Assembly (NCBI GenBank): GCA_035311385.1
Contig: DATGCY010000724.1
Coordinates: 1 to 40,425, forward strand
Direction of reading: 5' to 3'
Source: Candidatus Methylomirabilota bacterium
GTDB taxonomy: Bacteria > Methylomirabilota > Methylomirabilia > Rokubacteriales > CSP1-6
DNA length: 40,425 nucleotides
Part shown: positions 15,384-22,147 of the stretch, piece after piece
How positions within the stretch are numbered: position 1 is the stretch's first letter
Layout: every line of letters starts with the position of its first letter
The notes under the pieces: generated by a model
The model's input: only the letters and a program-made list of their open reading frames with translations
Database searches by the model: none
Told to the model about the DNA's origin: nothing
Position numbers and translations under genes: made by a program

Positions 15384-15425
15384 TGCAATGCGGTGCAACG
15401 AGAATGCAACGCACGAGACTGCAAT
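15384..15425 (+). promoter_or_regulatory. Four phased TGCAAY repeats (candidate arm-type integrase sites)
   Basis: TGCAAT 15384, TGCAAC 15394, TGCAAC 15405 and TGCAAT 15420. All share one orientation, with spacings of 10, 11 and 15 bp. Confidence 0.5.
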
Positions 15426-15536
15426 AGGGGGGACTTGTGCGCTATGCTGCGGACACGCCCGGCATCAGAAGTCCGCGATAATCCTCGATTCCGCTGTCGG
15501 GCGATGTAGCAAGCTGCATGGCGAGGTACCCACTCA

Positions 15537-15580
15537 TCGGGTTCGAAGCCTGACGCTCTGTCCAACTGAGCTACGGGCGC
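15537..15580 (-). other. Partial tRNA-Arg(UCG): acceptor 5' strand, D-arm and anticodon arm only; probable attP core
   Basis: The minus strand reads GCGCCCG TA GCTC AGTTGGACA GAGC G TCAGG CTTCGAA CCCGA. No T-arm or 3' acceptor strand follows. Lies 31 nt downstream of the int stop. Confidence 0.75.
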
Positions 15581-15611
15581 AGAGTGATTCCGCGGACTTA
15601 TCATTATGTGG

Positions 15612-16775
15612 CTACTTGCGTCCAGCGGGTGCAACGGAATGCAATGGGGTTTTTTGTGACAGGCGCTCCGTCTCCTGTCGCGACCGCTCGAGCCGCTCTC
15701 GGAGCGCCTCCACGTTGCCCAGGTTGTAGTGCTTGATCATCGACTCCGACTTGTGGCCGCTGATCGCCATCGCTTCCGCCGTCGAGAGCACGCCCGATGC
15801 CAGCATGTCCGTCACCGCGGTGTTCCGCGTGTGGTGGAAGGTGTAGCCGCCCTCCCGGCGCCCGACCGGCAACCCAGCCGCACGGCACGCCTTCTGCCAC
15901 GCCTTCTTGAAATCCCCGACGCAGCCGTAGGTCTTGGAGATGTTCTTCACTCGCCCGGCATGACAGTGCCGACCGTGGAAGAGGTAGGGGCACCAGGGCC
16001 GTTCCTTCCCGATCGCAAGGAGCCGCTCGATCTGCGCCATCGCCGCATCGTCCAGCGGGACGACATGCGGCTCGTCGTTCTTGCACTCCTCCGGTGGCCA
16101 CTCAATCAAGCGGCGCTCGAGGTTCACCCACGCCGCACGCGTACGCGAGAGCTGGCCCTTCCGGATGCCGTAGAGGCGGGCAAAGTCCAGCAGCCGGACC
16201 ACGAAGTCGGGCAGGTGCTCCGCCAAGATCGCGTGGTCTCCACCTTTGATATAGATGCCCCGCGGACTCTTCGTCTTGATCATCGAGACGTGCGGGACGC
16301 CGGCGAGCTCGCCTGCCTGCTTGGCGAGGTTCAGCGCCCGGCGGAGCGACTGGCACCGCTTGTTGATCGTCACATCGGAGACTGTGCCCTCCGCCTGCCA
16401 CTTCTCCTGCATCTGATCGATGTGTTTCGAGCGGAGATCGCGGGCCTTCTTCGTGCCGATGGCGACCTTGAGGACATCCACATGCCCTTGGACGGTCCGG
16501 AGCGACGCGGACCCGTTCTTCCGATGATAGGTGATCAAGCGATCAAGGAGTTCTGAGACGAGGAGCCGGGCTTTCGTCTGGGGCACCCCAGACTCTGACG
16601 CAGCGACCGCCAGCGAACGAATTTTTCGGGCTTCCCGGATGTCAGTCGTCTTGGTCGACCGGAAGACGGTCTGCCCGTCGACGACGGTCGTGTACCAGAG
16701 CTTCTCGCCCCACACGCCCGCCTTCGTCAGTCGGCGGTAGAGGCCGGGCTCCACTTGGAGGATCGTCTTCGCCAT
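15612..16775 (-). CDS. int: Tyrosine integrase (387 aa)
   Basis: The C-terminal block HHTRNTAVTDML...ISGHKSESMIKHY carries the HxxR ... H ... Y catalytic pattern. The N-terminal small beta domain is typical of arm-binding domains. ATG 16775 shares a base with the upstream TGA. Confidence 0.9.
   Translation of the reverse strand: MAKTILQVEPGLYRRLTKAGVWGEKLWYTTVVDGQTVFRSTKTTDIREARKIRSLAVAASESGVPQTKARLLVSELLDRLITYHRKNGSASLRTVQGHVDVLKVAIGTKKARDLRSKHIDQMQEKWQAEGTVSDVTINKRCQSLRRALNLAKQAGELAGVPHVSMIKTKSPRGIYIKGGDHAILAEHLPDFVVRLLDFARLYGIRKGQLSRTRAAWVNLERRLIEWPPEECKNDEPHVVPLDDAAMAQIERLLAIGKERPWCPYLFHGRHCHAGRVKNISKTYGCVGDFKKAWQKACRAAGLPVGRREGGYTFHHTRNTAVTDMLASGVLSTAEAMAISGHKSESMIKHYNLGNVEALRERLERSRQETERLSQKTPLHSVAPAGRK
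15630..15645 (+). promoter_or_regulatory. Two TGCAAY repeats on the other side of the core (inside the int 3' end)
   Basis: TGCAAC 15630 and TGCAAT 15640, in the same orientation as the 15384-15425 cluster. Confidence 0.45.
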
Positions 16776-16966
16776 CACGCCGGCTCCTTCGGGAGCGGCG
16801 TCTCCAAGTAGGCGAGGATCGCCCGCTCGCAGATCGCGCGCAGCGGCATCCGCTCTTGGGCGGCGCGGATCTTCAATGCCTTCCACTGCTCGACGGGAAG
16901 GGCGATCGTCGTGGTGATGGGCTTCGGGGGGGTCTGTGGAGGGGCCTTCTTGTAGGGTGTTGTCAT
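16775..16966 (-). CDS. Ribbon-helix-helix protein (63 aa)
   Basis: TTIALPVEQWKALKIRAAQERMPLRAICERAILAYLE has the strand-helix-helix pattern of CopG/Arc. Coupled to the int start. Confidence 0.6.
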   Translation of the reverse strand: MTTPYKKAPPQTPPKPITTTIALPVEQWKALKIRAAQERMPLRAICERAILAYLETPLPKEPA

Positions 16967-17006
16967 GCCCCATATCGTACTGTCGCTGCATGGAAATAGC
17001 AATAGG

Positions 17007-17384
17007 TCAGGTGCCTTGGAGGGTGCAGGCCTCGATCCAGCGCCGCACCGCCCGCCGGGACCACTCGACGCGGCCCCCCTCGCAGTGCTGGCGGCGACCG
17101 GGGATCGCGTCGGGCGGCTGATGGCGGATCCACGAGACGGAGCGGTGGATCATCCGCGCCAGCTCGTGAATGCCGATGTAGTCGTCGGGTGGTTCGGGGG
17201 ATTGCGGCATCGCACGGAGCTGCAGGAAGCGCTTGATCGCCCGCGTCTGCATGTCCGTCGTGCCGACGAGGACGCCGAGCACGGCGTCGGGGTCGCTCCA
17301 GTCCTCAAGGCCGAAGGTCGCTGCGCGTCTCAGCAGGGCACCGGGCTTCCGTCCATTGCCACCGTCACCCGCATCGCCCTGCAT
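17007..17384 (-). CDS. Excisionase/AlpA-type HTH protein (125 aa from ATG 17384)
   Basis: IGIHELARMIHRSVSWIRH...VEWSRRAVRRWIE. The TTG at 17423 used by the ORF track is more likely the TTG of a TTGACA -35 box. Confidence 0.55.
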   Translation of the reverse strand: MQGDAGDGGNGRKPGALLRRAATFGLEDWSDPDAVLGVLVGTTDMQTRAIKRFLQLRAMPQSPEPPDDYIGIHELARMIHRSVSWIRHQPPDAIPGRRQHCEGGRVEWSRRAVRRWIEACTLQGT

Positions 17385-17393
17385 GGCAGGAGG

Positions 17394-17423
17394 GGTGTAG
17401 ACCTCCGCTCTGGCTTCTGTCAA
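17394..17423 (-). promoter_or_regulatory. Candidate sigma-70-type promoter with leaderless geometry
   Basis: The minus strand reads TTGACA (17423-17418), N18, TACACC (17399-17394), N9, ATG 17384. The spacing is the same as at 7228-7267. Confidence 0.35.
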
Positions 17424-17460
17424 GGTGGGGTCGTAGCGTAACGGAAAGCATGTCGAAGAC

Positions 17461-17500
17461 TTCTGAATGGTATCAGAAACGACACGTTTCGGCGCGAAAC
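17461..17500. promoter_or_regulatory. Cluster of short palindromes and 10-bp-phased GAAAC/GTTTC half-sites
   Basis: TTCTGA-N6-TCAGAA at 17461-17478. GAAAC 17476, GTTTC 17486 and GAAAC 17496. The arms can form mutually exclusive 6-bp hairpins. On the minus strand GUUUCGCGCCGAAAC is followed by a moderately U-rich tail. Confidence 0.45.
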
Positions 17501-17512
17501 TGCCGAATTTTC

Positions 17513-17752
17513 CTATCGCTTCCGACGTGGCCTCCGCGTGGGCTTCTTCTTCTGGAGGTCTTGGAGGAGTCGCAGCTGCTCCGTCAGGACGGCAATCTGC
17601 TCCCGCGCCCGCAGGAGTTCATCGCGGTTCGTGCAATGCTCCCGCAGCAGATCACGCACCAGCTCCGACTGCGTGAGGCTCCCTAACCGTGGCCGCTGAC
17701 TCTCCACGTAGTCACGTGTCACGGCGTCGAGACTTAGACCCAGCCGTTTCAC
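17513..17752 (-). CDS. Ribbon-helix-helix regulator, candidate repressor (79 aa from GTG 17752)
   Basis: KRLGLSLDAVTRDYVESQ...SQSELVRDLLREH. AAGGGTGG lies 4 nt upstream of the GTG. The ORF extends to ATG 17896, but that N-terminal part is purely basic. Confidence 0.5.
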   Translation of the reverse strand: MKRLGLSLDAVTRDYVESQRPRLGSLTQSELVRDLLREHCTNRDELLRAREQIAVLTEQLRLLQDLQKKKPTRRPRRKR

Positions 17753-17804
17753 GGCCCACCCTTTTCGTGTCCGCTTTACCGGAGGTGTCGGGCTTGTCAC
17801 GCCC

Positions 17805-17831
17805 TTTTTTTGCGCGAACCCGCGCTTTTTT
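17805..17831 (+). promoter_or_regulatory. T7-GCGCG-AACC-CGCGC-T6 element in the switch region
   Basis: Read directly. T-tracts are rare in this genome. The two tracts are 21 bp apart. Confidence 0.3.
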
Positions 17832-17851
17832 GCCACCAATCGTTTTCTCAC

Positions 17852-17880
17852 TGGACTATGTGTGATCCATCGTCTATAGA
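17852..17880 (+). promoter_or_regulatory. Candidate rightward early promoter
   Basis: TGGACT-N17-TATAGA. The -10 lies inside the 8-bp palindrome TCTATAGA. Confidence 0.3.
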
Positions 17881-17982
17881 TGCGCCTCTTCGGCACAACT
17901 TGCGACGCGACCGTTCCCGCAAATCACTCCTCCAGTCAAGACCGGTACACGGGGGGAACGGCACCATCTCTGGGAGGATGGG

Positions 17983-18249
17983 ATGATGGGACGGCGACGC
18001 GCCCGAAAGTCTCCGCCTGCGCCCAATGGACGGCGTGGACCAGGCGGGGCCCAGCGGAAGAATCCGCTCGCGATCTCGTGGGAAGAGGCGGCGCACTTGG
18101 TGGACATGCACCCGCGCACCCTGAAGCACCATCTCAAACGCACGGACGCCGCGTGTCTCGTGCGGATCGGGAAGCGGTATCGCCTCGATCGGAAAGGCTT
18201 TTATCGCTGGTGCCGGCAGCTGGGCTTCGAGGGGGCCTCGAGTCTCTAG
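17983..18249 (+). CDS. Excisionase-type HTH protein (88 aa), first rightward early gene
   Basis: GGAGG lies 5 nt upstream. ISWEEAAHLVDMHPRTLKHHLKR...YRLDRKGFYRWCRQLG. Confidence 0.6.
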   Translation: MMGRRRARKSPPAPNGRRGPGGAQRKNPLAISWEEAAHLVDMHPRTLKHHLKRTDAACLVRIGKRYRLDRKGFYRWCRQLGFEGASSL

Positions 18250-18255
18250 GAGGTC

Positions 18256-19161
18256 GTGATGGCGAACGATCCGTGGCGACGAGACTGCATCGGCAGCTCC
18301 GACGCGCCGGCGGTCGCGGGCGTCGATCCGTTCCGGTCGGCGGGGGACATCTGGGCGGAGAAGACGGGACGCATCCCGGCCTCAGAGGGGGACGAGAATG
18401 GCAGCCATGCCAGCCTCACCCCGCTCTCCTTGGGGAGCGTGATCGGCCCGCTCCTCGTCAACTACGCGGCGCGGATGATCGACCGTCCCGTGGCGGGGGA
18501 AGTCTGGTACCGCCATCCGACGGCGCCGATGGCCTGCAGCGTGGACGGGATCTCGCTTGAGTCGCCCGGCGTGCTGATCGAGGCCAAGACGACGGGGATC
18601 ATCGCCCCGGTGCCGCCGCAGTACGCCCACGCCTACGGCGAGGACGGAACAGATGAGGTGCCGCAGTCCGTCACGATCCAGGTGCATCACGCGTTCGCGG
18701 TCTTAGATGCCCAGCCGAACATGCCGCCCATCCAGACGGCGCTCGTCCCCGTGCTGATCGGGGGCCGCGGCATCCGCTGCTATCGCCTCACGCGAGACGA
18801 AAAGCTCGTCAGCGATCTCATCCATCTCGAGACGGCGTGGTGGGAAGACTACGTCGAGGGAGACCGCTGCCCGCCGAACGATCCGCCGTCGCTGCCGACC
18901 CTCAAGCGCTTTGCGCGCCGCCCGGAGACGCCCCCGCGCCCGGTCGATCCTGTCTACGTCTCAGAATGGCTCCAGGCCAAGGACGTCTTGAAACAGGCGA
19001 CGGCGAACGAGGAATACCTCCGGCGGCTGATCCTAGCGGAGCTGGGCGACAGCGAGATGGGCGAGTGCACGCTGGGCCGGCTCACGTTCAAGGAGACGAA
19101 ACGGGCAGCCTACCACGTGGGCGCGACCACCTTCCGGACCCTCCGGTTCGAGCGCAAGTGA
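18256..19161 (+). CDS. YqaJ/lambda-Exo-type exonuclease (301 aa)
   Basis: The N-terminal GSSDAPAVAGVDPFRSAGDIWAEKTG motif and the size are typical. Paired with a RecT-like gene. Confidence 0.75.
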   Translation: MMANDPWRRDCIGSSDAPAVAGVDPFRSAGDIWAEKTGRIPASEGDENGSHASLTPLSLGSVIGPLLVNYAARMIDRPVAGEVWYRHPTAPMACSVDGISLESPGVLIEAKTTGIIAPVPPQYAHAYGEDGTDEVPQSVTIQVHHAFAVLDAQPNMPPIQTALVPVLIGGRGIRCYRLTRDEKLVSDLIHLETAWWEDYVEGDRCPPNDPPSLPTLKRFARRPETPPRPVDPVYVSEWLQAKDVLKQATANEEYLRRLILAELGDSEMGECTLGRLTFKETKRAAYHVGATTFRTLRFERK

Positions 19162-19331
19162 TGGACTGGTGGCAGTTCGGCTCTGGCGCGCTGGGCGCCT
19201 TCTGCGGCTACATGGCGGCGTGGGGCGTGCGGGCATGGCATGACCGGGAGCGGTCCCGGCGCTGGGTGATCGGGGACGAGGAGTTTCAGCGATGGGCGAT
19301 ACAGAAGTCGCAACAGCAGACCGACAGGTAA
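19161..19331 (+). CDS. Small membrane protein (56 aa, MDWWQFGSGALGAFCGYMAAWGV...)
   Basis: TGATG junction with the exonuclease stop. One N-terminal hydrophobic helix. Overlaps the next gene by 40 nt. Confidence 0.4.
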   Translation: MDWWQFGSGALGAFCGYMAAWGVRAWHDRERSRRWVIGDEEFQRWAIQKSQQQTDR

Positions 19332-20248
19332 TCGCGGGCACGCTCGAGGGGGTGATCACGTCCTCCGCGATGGAGGCGATCACCCGCAGCGAGCTCGACG
19401 TGCAGATTGTCACGGCGCGGCGCTTCCCGCGCTCCCTCGCCCATTTCAAGGCCAGAGCCCTCACCATGATCCGGCTGGACGTGGAGACGGCGCAGAGCTG
19501 CTTCTACGTGCTCCCGCGGCGCCAGCGTCAAGCGGACGGCACGTTCAAGCGGGTGACGATTGACGGCCCCGGCGTGCGGCTGGCGGAGATCGCGCAGGTG
19601 GCCTACGGCAACATCCGTGCCGGCGCCCGCATCGTCGCGGAGACCGATCGGGAGGTGGTGGCGCAGGGGTTCTGCCACGATCTCGAGACGAACACGGCAG
19701 TCGTGATGGAGGTCCAGCGCCGCATCGTGGATGGGAACGGGCGACGCTACTCGGACGACATGATCACCATGACGAAGAACGCCGCGTGCTCCATTGCAAG
19801 ACGCAATGCCGTCTTCGCCGTGATTCCCCGCGCCTTCATCAATCCGCTCCTCGAGGCTGCCAAGAAGGTGGCCGCAGGCGATGCGAAGACCCTCTCGGAG
19901 AGCCGCACGCGCGCCCTCGCCGCATTCGCGGAGATAGGTGTGTCTGCGACTGCGGTCTGTGACAAGCTCGAGCGGCGTGGCGTCGAAGATATCGACTTGG
20001 AGGATCTCACCTTGCTCTCCGGGCTCCTGACCGCGATCCGCGAGCGTGAGACCACCGTGGAGGCGGAATTCCCGCCGGTGCCGGGCGAGCCCACGGGGAG
20101 CCGCACTGCGGCAGTGGCGGAGACCTTGGCCCGGCGGCGGCGTGCCGCCGATCAGGCGACCGGACGCGGCGCGGAGTCTCCTGCCACCCCACCCCCGGCG
20201 GCACCTCCGGAGACTCCGACGCCCCCCACCCCATCGGAGACCCCGTGA
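19292..20248 (+). CDS. RecT-like single-strand annealing protein (318 aa)
   Basis: CFYVLPR...TIDGPGVRLAEIAQVAYGN...NAACSIARRNAVFAVIP parallel the conserved RecT blocks as I recall them. GAGGAG RBS. Confidence 0.55.
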   Translation: MGDTEVATADRQVIAGTLEGVITSSAMEAITRSELDVQIVTARRFPRSLAHFKARALTMIRLDVETAQSCFYVLPRRQRQADGTFKRVTIDGPGVRLAEIAQVAYGNIRAGARIVAETDREVVAQGFCHDLETNTAVVMEVQRRIVDGNGRRYSDDMITMTKNAACSIARRNAVFAVIPRAFINPLLEAAKKVAAGDAKTLSESRTRALAAFAEIGVSATAVCDKLERRGVEDIDLEDLTLLSGLLTAIRERETTVEAEFPPVPGEPTGSRTAAVAETLARRRRAADQATGRGAESPATPPPAAPPETPTPPTPSETP

Positions 20249-20761
20249 GTGCTCGACTTCGGTGCCCTCTTCGCGTGGTGCGATCTCCACGCCTCACGGT
20301 GGCAAAGATTCAGACTGGATCTGTCGCTCGCGCTGGACGAGTTTACTGCCGACGCTCTTAAGCAGATCGCCGCTCGTCCGACTTACTACGATCGCCAAGG
20401 CTTCCCGATCCCGGCAGTGGACGGCGTGGAGCCGACGCTGGTGTGGGCGCGCATGGCCCAAGACGTGGACTACAAGCGCGTCGCGTGGGACGAGCTGCCT
20501 GACGGCTCCTACCTCTCCACGGTCTGGCTGGGACTCGATCACGCGTTCGCTGGCCCACCGCTCATCTTCGAAACGATGCGCTTCTCCAAGGAGACGCATG
20601 AGTCCGCGATGTTCCCGGCCATGCGCTTCCGTGACGAGCTGTCCTTTACCGATCCCGTGGACGGTGGGGAAACCACACAGCTTCGGTACCGGACAGAGGA
20701 GGAGGCACTTGCGTCGCACCATGAGATTGTGCGCCGCATCCGCATCCGGGAGGGACACTGA
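20249..20761 (+). CDS. Hypothetical protein (170 aa, GTG start)
   Basis: ORF-track ORF that starts right after the RecT-like stop. No function recognised. Confidence 0.55.
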   Translation: MLDFGALFAWCDLHASRWQRFRLDLSLALDEFTADALKQIAARPTYYDRQGFPIPAVDGVEPTLVWARMAQDVDYKRVAWDELPDGSYLSTVWLGLDHAFAGPPLIFETMRFSKETHESAMFPAMRFRDELSFTDPVDGGETTQLRYRTEEEALASHHEIVRRIRIREGH

Positions 20762-20970
20762 TGACGGGGACGCAGATCTTCCTCTGGATCGCCATCGTCG
20801 CCAACTTGGCTGCCGTGGGAGTGAGCCTCTGGCACATCCGCCAACTGAAGAAGGCGCGCGCGATGGCCCAAGAGAACCTTGAGATGGCGGCACGCCTGAA
20901 CGGCAAGGCGCAGGCGTTCATGGCGCAGATGATGGAGGACGCAGAGGGGCCCCGCCTCCCGCTCCAGTGA
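20761..20970 (+). CDS. Small membrane protein (69 aa)
   Basis: TGATG junction. N-terminal TM (IFLWIAIVANLAAVGVSLW) followed by a helix. Confidence 0.5.
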   Translation: MTGTQIFLWIAIVANLAAVGVSLWHIRQLKKARAMAQENLEMAARLNGKAQAFMAQMMEDAEGPRLPLQ

Positions 20971-20971
20971 G

Positions 20972-21154
20972 ATGGCGTCCTCCGCGCTCTCTCGGCTGGA
21001 GCGGCGGGCGGTCCAACGTCGCGCGGCCCGCGAGTGCCCGCCCCATCCTCCGAACCGCCAGTTCTGGCAGCCGGGCGACTACGCGACACCGGACCGCCTC
21101 GTCTGCGGACGCTGCTTCACCGTCTTGGCACAGCGCAAGTCCACCCGGCGCTAA
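20972..21154 (+). CDS. Hypothetical protein (60 aa)
   Basis: ORF-track ORF, 1 nt after the upstream stop. C-terminal CGRC. Confidence 0.4.
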   Translation: MASSALSRLERRAVQRRAARECPPHPPNRQFWQPGDYATPDRLVCGRCFTVLAQRKSTRR

Positions 21155-21182
21155 GATGCACCACGATGGCGCATGTGTGCAC

Positions 21183-21212
21183 TTGACGACACGGTTCAAG
21201 TGGGCGTATCGT
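21183..21212 (+). promoter_or_regulatory. Candidate sigma-70-type promoter, near-leaderless
   Basis: TTGACG-N18-TATCGT-N10-ATG 21223. No SD. Confidence 0.35.
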
Positions 21213-21222
21213 CCTAGGCACC

Positions 21223-21504
21223 ATGAAAACACTCCTCGTCCTCACCCTCTCCACCCTCCTCGCTGGCCCCGTCTTGGCGGGCGGCCTCTGGCTCCAGGCG
21301 CCCAATGGCAAGTATCTGGGCAACCTGAACAGCAACCCGTTCGACCCGAATTCGGTCGCCAATCCCTTCGGGCGCTACGGCTCGCAGTTCTCGCCAGACT
21401 CGATCAACAACGGGTTTGGACGCTACGGGAGCCCGTTCTCGCCGGACAGCGCAACCAACCCCTTCACGAGCGGGGGGCCGCGGATCATGGGGGACGACGA
21501 CTGA
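21223..21504 (+). CDS. Secreted repeat protein (93 aa)
   Basis: Signal peptide MKTLLVLTLSTLLAGPVLAGG, then NPF/GRYGS-FSPDS repeats (NPFGRYGSQFSPDSINNGFGRYGSPFSPDSATNPF). Confidence 0.7.
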   Translation: MKTLLVLTLSTLLAGPVLAGGLWLQAPNGKYLGNLNSNPFDPNSVANPFGRYGSQFSPDSINNGFGRYGSPFSPDSATNPFTSGGPRIMGDDD

Positions 21505-21578
21505 TGCCCGACATCGTCCTGATCGCGCTGATCGCGTACGTCTGCTTGGCGATCTACCAGCTCACGGGAGGGAAATGA
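21504..21578 (+). CDS. Hydrophobic micropeptide (24 aa, MPDIVLIALIAYVCLAIYQLTGGK)
   Basis: Hand-translated. TGATG junction with the upstream stop. Confidence 0.35.
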   Translation: MPDIVLIALIAYVCLAIYQLTGGK

Positions 21579-21581
21579 TTT

Positions 21582-21677
21582 TCACTCCGTGGGCTCGTCG
21601 GGCGGCTCCACGTCGGGACACTCGTCCTCGTCTTCCTCTGAGTTGACTTCTTCGGCCTCGTCTTCGGGGCGCTTCAT
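21582..21677 (-). CDS. Acidic micro-ORF (31 aa, MKRPEDEAEEVNSEEDEDECPDVEPPDEPTE)
   Basis: Hand-translated. ATGA overlap with the hydrolase stop. It is the last ORF of the late block. Confidence 0.3.
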   Translation of the reverse strand: MKRPEDEAEEVNSEEDEDECPDVEPPDEPTE

Positions 21678-22147
21678 GCTGTCCTCGTCGTCGTTGGGGT
21701 CGTGGTCGTTGCGGACCAGCCCCACGGCGCATCATCGTCATAGTTCTGACCGCCGTGGCGAACGCTGACGTGCACGTGATGCGCGTGGGCGTTCTTGCCG
21801 GTGTAAGGGCGCCATTGGCCTGCCGGGTGCGGCTGGCCTTGCCCACTGTAGATGCGCCGGTTGGAGATCACGTACTTCACCCGCGGCTCCCCGGCGAGGA
21901 CGCGCTCGCGGAGCCACTCAGCGAATTGGTAGCTGTCGAACCCGTTCTTGGGATCGTGGGTGAAGTCTCGAGCGGTGACCACGCGGCAGCACTTGCAGGG
22001 ATTGTGATCGCTCGTCGCGGCGGCGTGCCGTGCGTCCCCGATGCCGCCATCAGAGATCTTCGAGCGGTTGGGCGCTGAGCGGTTGATCTCTCCGAGGAGG
22101 CCCAGCTGCCCAGTTGCGCCGAGGGCCTTCGCCATGCGCCAACTCAT
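21674..22147 (-). CDS. Putative cell-wall hydrolase (157 aa)
   Basis: SDHNP...VTARDFTHDP and KNAHAHHVHVS are His/Asp clusters like those of zinc-dependent wall peptidases. Adjacent to a TM protein at the end of the late operon. Family not securely recognised. Confidence 0.45.
   Translation of the reverse strand: MSWRMAKALGATGQLGLLGEINRSAPNRSKISDGGIGDARHAAATSDHNPCKCCRVVTARDFTHDPKNGFDSYQFAEWLRERVLAGEPRVKYVISNRRIYSGQGQPHPAGQWRPYTGKNAHAHHVHVSVRHGGQNYDDDAPWGWSATTTTPTTTRTA

Noticed and set aside
15440-15590. A complete tRNA gene
   Set aside because: The acceptor 5' strand, D-arm and anticodon arm are canonical. No GTTCRANYC-type T-loop or proper 3' acceptor strand follows. A CGGGCGT about 100 nt downstream could pair with the 5' strand, but the intervening sequence has no tRNA features.
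17753-17896. The 127-aa version of the RHH gene starting at ATG 17896
   Set aside because: The extra 48 residues are purely basic low complexity and cover the AT-rich switch region. The GTG at 17752, preceded by AAGGGTGG, is preferred, but the long form cannot be excluded.
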